Positions 56,754-64,000 of a stretch of DNA of 64,000 nt are shown here, piece by piece. Made by a program: the position numbers and the translations under genes. The notes below the pieces were generated by a model. The model had not been told where the DNA came from, ran no database searches, and worked only from the letters and a program-made list of their open reading frames with translations. The DNA is from an uncultured delta proteobacterium (GTDB lineage Bacteria > Desulfobacterota > Syntrophobacteria > BM002). Every line of letters begins with the position of its first letter. Positions within the stretch are counted from its first letter, which is position 1. The stretch spans positions 64,001 through 128,000 of the forward strand of contig CAVQGX010000030.1 of assembly GCA_963712115.1 (NCBI GenBank). The letters run 5' to 3'.

Positions 56754-57071
56754 TTAATAATACGTCTCGACAAATTTCTCTAGGTAGGCATAATAGATGG
56801 GCTGCATCTCGGTGAACTCGATGGCCATACCATCTGGTTCGCTTCTTCTGACAACACCTTTGGCCACAATGGGAAGGTATTGGGACTCGAGTGGAATTTG
56901 GAACTGAAGATTCACCTCAGTGTCCACTGGGAGGGGCTTGGCTGTTTCAATGAAGCATCCCAGGGGATTCAAATCCCTGATCATCCAGTCTTTCTCTTCG
57001 AAGACCCTGATGCCAAATTCCAAGCGTGGATAGCGTCTCCTGCTTTCGATATCCAATGATTCCTCCGCCAT
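56754..57071 (-). CDS. PilZ domain protein
   Basis: RRRYPR, DLNPLGCFI and GMAIEF; GGAG RBS. Confidence 0.85.
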   Translation of the reverse strand: MAEESLDIESRRRYPRLEFGIRVFEEKDWMIRDLNPLGCFIETAKPLPVDTEVNLQFQIPLESQYLPIVAKGVVRRSEPDGMAIEFTEMQPIYYAYLEKFVETYY

Positions 57072-57232
57072 ATGAAACTCCCCATATCACTCTGCAAATC
57101 AAGGGCCTCTGACTTGCGCCACTCCCGAGCATATAATTAAAGCTTGTTTGAAGGCAAACAAATAAAACAATTTTATCTAAATTTTGATTGTTTCCCTTGG
57201 CCCATATTTTGGGCCTCACGGTGGTGTAGTTA

Positions 57233-57248
57233 TGCAATCGGTATGCCA
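57233..57248 (-). promoter_or_regulatory. Sigma54 (-24/-12) promoter
   Basis: Minus strand reads TGGCATACCGATTGCA, upstream of the PilZ gene. Confidence 0.65.
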
Positions 57249-57443
57249 TAAATCCCGGATGTATAGAAAATAATTCGAATTTTTTGAATCGATTTTTCCA
57301 CAATATTCACGAACCACCATTTACAAATTAAAGGTTTCTACGGCTTCCTGTGAGCTATGAGCTTTCAGCTGTCAGCTAACTTGACGCCTTCAACATTTTG
57401 AACGACTTGAACGCTTTGAACGACTTGCCCCCCTCTTTCCCCC

Positions 57444-57473
57444 TTGACTTTCACCTAACTTTCACCCTATAAT
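57444..57473 (+). promoter_or_regulatory. Sigma70 promoter of the SOS operon with a candidate LexA operator (direct repeat)
   Basis: TTGACT-N18-TATAAT; ACTTTCACC is repeated at 57447 and 57458 (11-bp period) across the -35 box and spacer. Confidence 0.6.
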
Positions 57474-57488
57474 TCAAACATAGTTTGT

Positions 57489-57960
57489 AAATCCGAAATC
57501 CCAAGCACGAAATCCTAAACAAATTCAAATGTCCAAAGCACAAAATTCAAAACAATACGATTTGGAAGATCGCACTCTGGCTTTTGCTAAAGATGTACGC
57601 AGTTTCGTGAAAAAACTGCCGAAAACTTTAGCCAATATCGAAGACGGCAGACAGCTGATCAAAGCCCCCGGCTCCGTTGGTGCCAATTACATTGAAGCTA
57701 ATGAAGCTTTAAGCAAAAAAGATTTCATTATGAGAATTAAGATATGTCGCAAGGAGGGGAAAGAAAGCCGATATTGGCTGAGGTTGATTAGCACGGAAGA
57801 CATTAGAGAACTTGAAGAAGAAAGACGAGATTTGGAAAGAGAAGCCAGCGAGCTCACCAGTATTTTTGGTTCCATCCTGACTAAAAGCTCATGATGTTTT
57901 GGTGATTTGAAATTGGGATTTGGGATTTGTTTAGGATTTAGGATTTAGATATTGGGATTT
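57489..57960. mobile_element. Family C cassette carrying four-helix-bundle gene 1
   Basis: Inverted arms 57489-57554 and 57895-57960 share the exact IR AAATCCTAAACAAAT (57510-57524 / 57925-57939). Mobility is inferred. Confidence 0.65.
57529..57894 (+). CDS. Four helix bundle protein (TIGR02436 / 23S rRNA IVS-like family)
   Basis: DLEDRT..FA, QLIKAPGSVGANYIEA, DF..RIKICRKEGKESRYWL and EASEL. Confidence 0.9.
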   Translation: MSKAQNSKQYDLEDRTLAFAKDVRSFVKKLPKTLANIEDGRQLIKAPGSVGANYIEANEALSKKDFIMRIKICRKEGKESRYWLRLISTEDIRELEEERRDLEREASELTSIFGSILTKSS

Positions 57961-58038
57961 TCCCTAATCACCGTTTACCGTTCACCATTTACGAATTGAC
58001 TAATCAACGAATTGACCAATTGACTCAGAGGTATACCC

Positions 58039-58641
58039 ATGCAACTCACAAAACAGCAAACCCGAGTCTATAGCTATCTGGAGACCTATCTTCGCCGGAA
58101 AGGTAGGCCGCCATCTTACCAAGAAATCCAGGATTACTTTGGCTTTGGTTCCCTAAACTCAGTGGTCAAGCACCTCAAGCAGCTTGAACGCAAGGGCTAT
58201 CTGGAGAGTCCCTGGGGTAATCAGAAACGGGCTTTTCGCCTTCTACCTCTGCGAACAACTGCGGCTACCATACCCTTTCTCGGGAGGGTAGCTGCCGGCG
58301 CTCCCATCGAGGCTGTAGATATACCCGAAGCGGTGGAAGTGCCCGAAAGCCTGCTTGCCGGCGGTAACAACTTCGCCCTTCAAGTGCAAGGAGAGTCGAT
58401 GATCGATGAGGGCATTCGCGACGGGGATGTACTCATAATCCGAAAACAGGACCATGCTGACAATGGTCAGACCGTGGTGGCACAGATCGAAGGGGAGGCC
58501 ACAATAAAGAAGTTTTACCAGCGGGACGGTAGGGTGGAACTACGACCGGCGAATGAGGAACTGAAACCTCTCGTGGTTCCCGCCGAAAAGGTAGAAATCA
58601 TCGGCGTGGTTGTAGGGCTAGTCCGGCATTATAAGAGATAA
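58039..58641 (+). CDS. lexA: SOS repressor LexA
   Basis: PPSYQEI...HLKQLERKGY wHTH, VAAG cleavage site, GESM catalytic Ser and TIKK catalytic Lys. Confidence 0.96.
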   Translation: MQLTKQQTRVYSYLETYLRRKGRPPSYQEIQDYFGFGSLNSVVKHLKQLERKGYLESPWGNQKRAFRLLPLRTTAATIPFLGRVAAGAPIEAVDIPEAVEVPESLLAGGNNFALQVQGESMIDEGIRDGDVLIIRKQDHADNGQTVVAQIEGEATIKKFYQRDGRVELRPANEELKPLVVPAEKVEIIGVVVGLVRHYKR

Positions 58642-58657
58642 CGCAAAGCGTTTTCCG

Positions 58658-59200
58658 GCGAGACGAGCGAGACGGGAGGTCGAGCGAGACGGGGATTAAA
58701 TATCAAAATGATTACGCAGGTAATTACATGAGAAAGGGGCGCCATTATGAGTAAAAGCAAAAAGGTTAGTCGGTTCGAAGATTTGGAAGTTTGGCAGGAA
58801 GGATGTGATCTCGCTGTTCAAATTTACAAGCTGTCGAGAGAAGGAAAACTTGCAAGGGATTATGGTCTCAGGGATCAGATGACTAAATCCGCAGTTTCTA
58901 TTCCCTCAAACATAGCCGAGGGTAAGGAGCGTGAGACGGCACCAGAACTTATCCGCTACCTTTACATTGCCAAAGGCTCTACTGGTGAGTTGCAAACACA
59001 AATATACATAGCTCAGAGAATCGGCTACGTGGACGAAGGAACATCCTACAACCTTATTCAGCAAACCAAAGTTTTGTCCAAAAAACTAGGCAGCTTCATT
59101 CAATACCTTAAAAGAAACGTTGAGCTAGCGAGAAAGTGAGACAAGATAAAAAGGTCTGATCATTACTCGTCTCGCCCGTCTCGCTCGTCTCGCGTCTCGC
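58658..59200. mobile_element. Family B cassette carrying four-helix-bundle gene 2
   Basis: Exact 19-bp IR GCGAGACGAGCGAGACGGG (58658-58676) / CCCGTCTCGCTCGTCTCGC (59175-59193). Mobility is inferred. Confidence 0.65.
58747..59139 (+). CDS. Four helix bundle protein (TIGR02436 / 23S rRNA IVS-like family)
   Basis: FEDLEVWQ, LRDQM..SAVSIPSNIAEG and LYIAKGSTGELQTQ. Confidence 0.93.
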   Translation: MSKSKKVSRFEDLEVWQEGCDLAVQIYKLSREGKLARDYGLRDQMTKSAVSIPSNIAEGKERETAPELIRYLYIAKGSTGELQTQIYIAQRIGYVDEGTSYNLIQQTKVLSKKLGSFIQYLKRNVELARK

Positions 59201-59210
59201 GAAAATTGCT

Positions 59211-60446
59211 ATGCTTCGCGAAAAGATGATAAGCGAAATCTTACACTTAGATATCCGCGACTTCTGCATTGCCCTGGAACGGCAGCGACGGCCTGATCTG
59301 AGGGAATGGCCGGTAGTCGTCGCACCGGGGCAGGGGCGAACGGTGGTCCAGGCTGTCTCTCCCGAAGCCCGAGAGGAAGGCATACATCCGGGTATGGTCG
59401 TGGCTCGGGCCCGACAGTATTGCCGCCGTCTTACTGTGCTGCCTCCGGATTTCTCGCTCTATCGGCAAGCCCAGGAAAAGATAGTGACCGCTTTAGGAAG
59501 GTTTTCGCCCTTGGTGGAGCCGGCCTCCTGGGGACATTTCTTTGTTGATGCCACCGGGACTCGTCGCCTCTGGGGGGGGTTGCTCGATAGGGCTGATCTG
59601 ATGCGGCGATTGGTGGATACAGAATTTCAACTGGATACTGCTGTGGGTGTGGCCAGCAACAAACTGGTGAGCCGGGTTGCCTCCCGGGTGGTGAAGGCTC
59701 GGGAATTGTGTGATGTTTTTCCTGGACTGGAGGCTTCTTTCCTCTCACCTCTGGCGGTAAATGTTCTTCCCGGGGTGGGGGAAGTGACCACCGCCAGATT
59801 GCTAGCCGAACTTAATCTTCAAACCGCGGGAGAATTAGCCCACGTCTCCCCAATGCTTTTGAGTCAGATATTTGGAGCCGTGGGGCAAAGGCTTCGGAGC
59901 ATGGCTTTGGGAGAAGATCCCTCACCGGTGCTAACACCGAAAGCCGTGCCCATGTTGCGGGAAGAGGTTCAACTGCCGGAAGATGATAATCACCGGCATA
60001 GGTTGTTGGGTTATCTCTATGGGCTCGTTGAAGCACTGGGCCGCCGGTTGCGTTCCCAAAATCGCTGTCCCGGTGAACTGGCCCTTACAGCGACCTATGC
60101 AGACGGTGTTCAGGCGAGGGCGCGGGAGCGACTTGCTGTTGCCGGCTGTGAATTTCATTTGGACAGTTTTCTATATGAGGCAGCGTTACGGCTTTTCACT
60201 CAGGCTGTTCAGCGACGTATACGCTTAAGACGTTTGTCTCTAAACGTCGCCCATCTCCAGACCCCTTTCGGCCAACTGGCCTTATTCCCCTGGGACGACC
60301 CCGGCCGGGGCAAAGAGGTCAAGCTACTACGGGCTATCGACCAAGTCCGCCACCGTTTCGGTAACGAGGTGCTTTACTATGGACGCACGGAGGTCAGACG
60401 ACGGAGGACAGAGATCAGACGTCAGAGGTCAGAGGACAGAACTTAA
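59211..60446 (+). CDS. imuB: ImuB-like Y-family polymerase homologue (probably catalytically inactive)
   Basis: Y-family fold (LHLD, EAREEGI.PGM, GVASNKL.S, LPGVG). The SIDE catalytic motif is replaced by SWGH; clamp-binding-like QLALF; lies between lexA and dnaE2. Confidence 0.82.
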   Translation: MLREKMISEILHLDIRDFCIALERQRRPDLREWPVVVAPGQGRTVVQAVSPEAREEGIHPGMVVARARQYCRRLTVLPPDFSLYRQAQEKIVTALGRFSPLVEPASWGHFFVDATGTRRLWGGLLDRADLMRRLVDTEFQLDTAVGVASNKLVSRVASRVVKARELCDVFPGLEASFLSPLAVNVLPGVGEVTTARLLAELNLQTAGELAHVSPMLLSQIFGAVGQRLRSMALGEDPSPVLTPKAVPMLREEVQLPEDDNHRHRLLGYLYGLVEALGRRLRSQNRCPGELALTATYADGVQARARERLAVAGCEFHLDSFLYEAALRLFTQAVQRRIRLRRLSLNVAHLQTPFGQLALFPWDDPGRGKEVKLLRAIDQVRHRFGNEVLYYGRTEVRRRRTEIRRQRSEDRT

Positions 60447-60915
60447 GGGGTGACCAAAAATGCGCATTAATTCTGCAAAAGAGCTGAAGGTCTATCAAGA
60501 AGCTTACAGCTTGGCGATGGAGATTTTTGAAATCAGTAAGCAATGGCCACCCGAAGAGAAGTATTCTCTCATAGATCAGGTCAGACGATCATCCCGCTCA
60601 GTCTGTACAAATTTGCGTGAGGCCTGGTCGAAGAGGAGATATAAAGCACATTTCGTCAGCAAATTAACTGATTCCGATGGTGAAAATAGTGAGACTGATA
60701 CCTGGTTGGATTTTGCAAAAGATTGCGGATACGTGGAAAAAAGTGATCACACTCGACTGACGGAGAGATGTACGCGTGTCGGAAAGATGCTTGGGTCTAT
60801 GCTCAACAACCCTACACCGTTTTTAAGACGCTGACTTCTGATCTCCGATCTCCGATTTCTTATTTGCTGACCTCTGACCTCCGACTTCTGACCTCTGTGA
60901 TAGACGATTTTAACG
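60388..60915. mobile_element. Family A cassette carrying four-helix-bundle gene 3
   Basis: Left arm (CAGAGGT-type) 60388-60441 and right arm (CTGACCT-type) 60831-60897. It ends ctgacctctgtgatagacg like the gene-less copies. Mobility is inferred. Confidence 0.65.
60460..60834 (+). CDS. Four helix bundle protein (TIGR02436 / 23S rRNA IVS-like family)
   Basis: ELKVYQ, PPEEKYSLIDQVRRSSRSVCTNLREAW, FVSKLTDSDGENSET..WLDFA and GKMLGSM. Confidence 0.93.
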   Translation: MRINSAKELKVYQEAYSLAMEIFEISKQWPPEEKYSLIDQVRRSSRSVCTNLREAWSKRRYKAHFVSKLTDSDGENSETDTWLDFAKDCGYVEKSDHTRLTERCTRVGKMLGSMLNNPTPFLRR

Positions 60916-60933
60916 GCTCGGGACCGGAAGCCA

Positions 60934-63903
60934 ATGTTTATTCATCTCCACACTCACTCCTGTTACTCGTTGATGCGCGGCGCCAGTCAGCTGGAAGCAC
61001 TGGTCACAGCAGCGCGCCGGCGCGGTATGACCCATCTGGCCATCACTGATACCAATGGCTTCTATGGTCTCCCCAATTTTCTTGAAATAGCCAGAAAACA
61101 TAAAATCTCTCCCATTGTGGGAGTTCAGGTAACCGCCCGGGACGGAGAAGCGGTACTGCTGGCCAGGACCCCTGAAGCCTATCCGTACCTGAGCGAACTG
61201 GTAAGTTGTCGACATCTAGAGGATACTTTTTCCCTGACTTCAGCTCTGGCTTCCGGTCTTCCCGGCTTGGCTGTGCTTAGTTCTGATTTGGAGCTGCTCT
61301 CAAGGCTACAAGGGTGTGCCGAGCTCTATGTGGAAATACGTCCTGGTGCAGAAGGGGAGGGGCCTTTAAGATTTGCCCGGGAACGCCAGTTACCCAGAGT
61401 GGCCACCAATGCAGTCTACTTCGCCGATCCGGAAGGCTATTCCTTGCACCGATTGCTGCGCGCCATTGATTTGAACACCACCCTTACCAATCTACCCGAG
61501 GATGAAGTGGTCCACCCGGGACAGTGGTTAAAATCTACCGGACAAATGGCAGTCCACTTTCCCCATTGCCCAGAGGCTATGGCTGAAGCTATTCACCTTG
61601 CTCATCGCTGCCACACGGAGTGGAACTTCAGTGGCCAGATCTTTCCTCACTACCGGGATCAGGAGCGGGATCACTTTCAACTCTTACGACAAAAATGTTT
61701 GGAAGGAGTGAACTGGCGCTACGGTGAGATGAATCCGGCGGTGGCCGAGCGTCTGGAAGAAGAGCTTTCCCTTATTCGGGACAAAGGTTTCACCGACTAT
61801 TTCTTAATCGTAGCAGACATTGTCCAGGATGCACCAATAACCTGTGGACGGGGCAGTGCTGCCGCAAGTCTGGTGAGCTATCTTCTCGGCATTACCCACG
61901 TTGATCCCATCCGCCACCAGCTTTTCTTTGGCCGATTTCTCAGTCCCAATCGGCGGGACTTTCCCGACATTGACGTGGATTTCCCCTGGGATGAGCGGGA
62001 TGAAATACTCGATTCTGTGGAACGTGCCTATGGCAGTGAACGAACCGCCATGGTGGCCAATCACGTAGGTTTTCGCAGCAGGGCTGCAGTTCGGGAGGTG
62101 GCCAAGGTATATGGAATAACACCGGCGGAAATCAAAGAGGTAACCAGGCGGCTTTCCTTTTTCGGTCGCCCCACAAAGATCCCGGAGCGAATGGCCCGCC
62201 ACCCCAAATTCAGGAATTTACACCTGGAACCACCATGGCCTGAAATTTTCCAGTTAGCCGGTCGGTTGGAAGGTATTCCCCGCCACCTTTCCGTGCATTG
62301 TGGCGGCACTATTATTGTTCCAGATCAGGTTCAGCGCTATGTGCCTGTGCAGCGGGCCACTAAAGGGGTGCGAGTAATTCAGTGGGAAAAGGATCAAGCC
62401 GAGGCGGCCGGTCTGGTAAAGATCGATCTATTGGGTAATCGCTCTTTAGCAGTGATTCGTGACACCCTTGCTGCTATTCGCCACAACACCGGGAGAAATA
62501 TCTCTTATGCCCAGCTCAACCCTGTTGATAATCCTGCCACCCAGGAGTTGATTGCCAGGGGTGAGACCATGGGTGTTTTTTACGTGGAATCACCTGCCAT
62601 ACGCCAGCTACAGCAAATGACCGGGCGGGGTGACTACGAGCATTTGGTCATTCACTCATCGATTATTCGCCCGGCAGCCAACCGCTACATTTTGGAATAT
62701 GTGCGACGCCTCAAAGGTGGTTCATATAGGAGCCTACATCCGGTTCTGGATGAGGTGCTCGCCGAGAACTATGGCATCATGGTGTACCAGGAGGACGTCT
62801 CCCAGATTGCCATGAAACTGGCGGGGTTCGATCCTGCCGAGGCTGACACTTTGCGCAAGATTTTGTCCTGGAAAAGTAAAGAACGACTGGCCGACTATCG
62901 CACCCATTTTTTTGAAGGCAGCCGCCAAAGAGGGGTGAGCCGCGAGGTAAGCGAAACTGTTTGGGAAATGATCGAATCTTTCGGGGGCTACAGCTTCTGC
63001 AAGCCTCATTCGGCCAGCTATGCCCTGGTGAGCTTCAAGTCAGCTTATCTCAAGGTACATTATCCTGCCGAGTTCATGGCTGCGGTGATTTCCAATGGCG
63101 GGGGGTATTATTCCACTTTTGCCTATGTTTCCGAGGCCAGGCGGATGGGGCTACAGGTTCTGGGGCCGGATGTCAACGGTAGCGCCATCGAATACACAGG
63201 CAAAGATCGAACTTTGCGGGTGGGATTGATGCAACTTCAAGGATTTCCACGTGATGTTGCCGAGACCATCGTCAGCGAACGGCTTGAGAATGGGCTTTTT
63301 AACTCCCTGGACGATTTTTGTCTGAGAGTTAATCTTGAACCTGCCGCCGCCCGAATTTTAGTGCAAAGTGGGGCTTTAGACAGCATCTCCGGCGGGCTAA
63401 ATCGGCCGCAAATGCTCTGGCGGTTTTATGGTGAACCGAAAGATCAGGCCGTTGGCCAATCCTTTTCCCTTGTGCCCGTTGCCATCGATCCATCCCAATG
63501 GCCCCAGGTTGAAGACTATGATCGCTCTACCAAACTGTCCCATGAACGGGAGACCCTGGGTTTCATACTTTCAGTTCACCCTTTGAGGGTTTATGGTCGA
63601 AAGATTGCTGCCAGTGGGCGCAAAATCGTGCCGGCCAGTGAGCTCTCCAGATACGTGGGCCGAAGAGTAACCCTTGCAGCATGGTCCATAACCGGAAAAG
63701 AGGTAGTTACTAAAAAGGGCGACCCCATGGAGTTTGTCTCTTTCGAGGATGAGACCGCCATCTTCGAGACCACCTTCTTCCCCAAAGCTTACCAACGCTT
63801 CTGCCAGATACTGGATATGAACCGCGCCTATCTCCTCACCGGTCTAGTTCAAGAACAGTACGACACGGTGAGTGTTAATGTGGAGCAGATCCAGCGATTG
63901 TAG
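60934..63903 (+). CDS. dnaE2: Error-prone DNA polymerase III alpha subunit (DnaE2/ImuC)
   Basis: PHP domain HLHTHSCYS, GRGSAA, PDIDVDF, KIDLLG, YSFCKPHS and an OB fold; context with lexA and imuB. Confidence 0.92.
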   Translation: MFIHLHTHSCYSLMRGASQLEALVTAARRRGMTHLAITDTNGFYGLPNFLEIARKHKISPIVGVQVTARDGEAVLLARTPEAYPYLSELVSCRHLEDTFSLTSALASGLPGLAVLSSDLELLSRLQGCAELYVEIRPGAEGEGPLRFARERQLPRVATNAVYFADPEGYSLHRLLRAIDLNTTLTNLPEDEVVHPGQWLKSTGQMAVHFPHCPEAMAEAIHLAHRCHTEWNFSGQIFPHYRDQERDHFQLLRQKCLEGVNWRYGEMNPAVAERLEEELSLIRDKGFTDYFLIVADIVQDAPITCGRGSAAASLVSYLLGITHVDPIRHQLFFGRFLSPNRRDFPDIDVDFPWDERDEILDSVERAYGSERTAMVANHVGFRSRAAVREVAKVYGITPAEIKEVTRRLSFFGRPTKIPERMARHPKFRNLHLEPPWPEIFQLAGRLEGIPRHLSVHCGGTIIVPDQVQRYVPVQRATKGVRVIQWEKDQAEAAGLVKIDLLGNRSLAVIRDTLAAIRHNTGRNISYAQLNPVDNPATQELIARGETMGVFYVESPAIRQLQQMTGRGDYEHLVIHSSIIRPAANRYILEYVRRLKGGSYRSLHPVLDEVLAENYGIMVYQEDVSQIAMKLAGFDPAEADTLRKILSWKSKERLADYRTHFFEGSRQRGVSREVSETVWEMIESFGGYSFCKPHSASYALVSFKSAYLKVHYPAEFMAAVISNGGGYYSTFAYVSEARRMGLQVLGPDVNGSAIEYTGKDRTLRVGLMQLQGFPRDVAETIVSERLENGLFNSLDDFCLRVNLEPAAARILVQSGALDSISGGLNRPQMLWRFYGEPKDQAVGQSFSLVPVAIDPSQWPQVEDYDRSTKLSHERETLGFILSVHPLRVYGRKIAASGRKIVPASELSRYVGRRVTLAAWSITGKEVVTKKGDPMEFVSFEDETAIFETTFFPKAYQRFCQILDMNRAYLLTGLVQEQYDTVSVNVEQIQRL

Positions 63904-63962
63904 TATTGGTCAACTGGTCAACTAGTCGATTGGTCAAAGGTCGGTGAAGGAACGGTAAACGG
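63904..63962. repeat. TGGTCAA and GTRAACG arms after dnaE2
   Basis: ttggtcaactggtcaactagtcgattggtcaa...gaacggtaaacgg; loosely inverted relative to 57970-58024. Confidence 0.7.
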
Positions 63963-64000
63963 ATCAAGCAGAGACTGGTCTATCATGGCTCAAGCTTTGA

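Noticed and set aside
59211-60446. Active DNA polymerase IV (dinB)
   Set aside because: The catalytic S(I/L)DE motif is replaced by SWGH, and the context with dnaE2 fits ImuB.
57529-60834. 23S rRNA gene with intervening sequences
   Set aside because: The proteins belong to the so-called IVS family, but the flanks are protein-coding genes and no rRNA sequence is present.
57489-60915. Diversity-generating retroelement (four-helix-bundle proteins are Avd-like)
   Set aside because: There is no reverse transcriptase and no TR/VR pair with adenine-specific mismatches in the window.

Overview
This window looks like a chromosomal segment of a Desulfobacterota-like (deltaproteobacterial) organism; that assignment is inferred from gene content and repeat style. 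It contains about 50 credible CDS: trpS, a TrmJ-family and a Dus-family enzyme, an AmmeMemoRadiSam pair with export-like N-termini, adenine deaminase, a DUF1998 helicase-exonuclease fusion, a glycosyltransferase cluster followed by an uncharacterised ABC/FtsX-pseudopeptidase/OPT-like transport operon with a nearby PqqD(RRE)-like gene, c-di-GMP genes with sigma54-like promoters, an RND efflux pair, hpt and a lexA-imuB-dnaE2 SOS mutagenesis operon. I saw no rRNA, tRNA or CRISPR array. The most striking signal is non-genic. Most intergenic spaces hold palindromic elements built from inverted arrays of 7-9 nt tandem repeats, in at least 8 sequence families and often nested. Three four-helix-bundle (TIGR02436 / 23S-IVS-like) genes inside the SOS operon are each enclosed by the inverted arms of a different family, and the same families recur elsewhere as gene-less copies. 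This suggests an undescribed dispersed cassette system. A separate ~184/351 bp MITE-like family with covarying terminal inverted repeats is also present. All calls come from reading the sequence and motifs by eye; no database searches were run.
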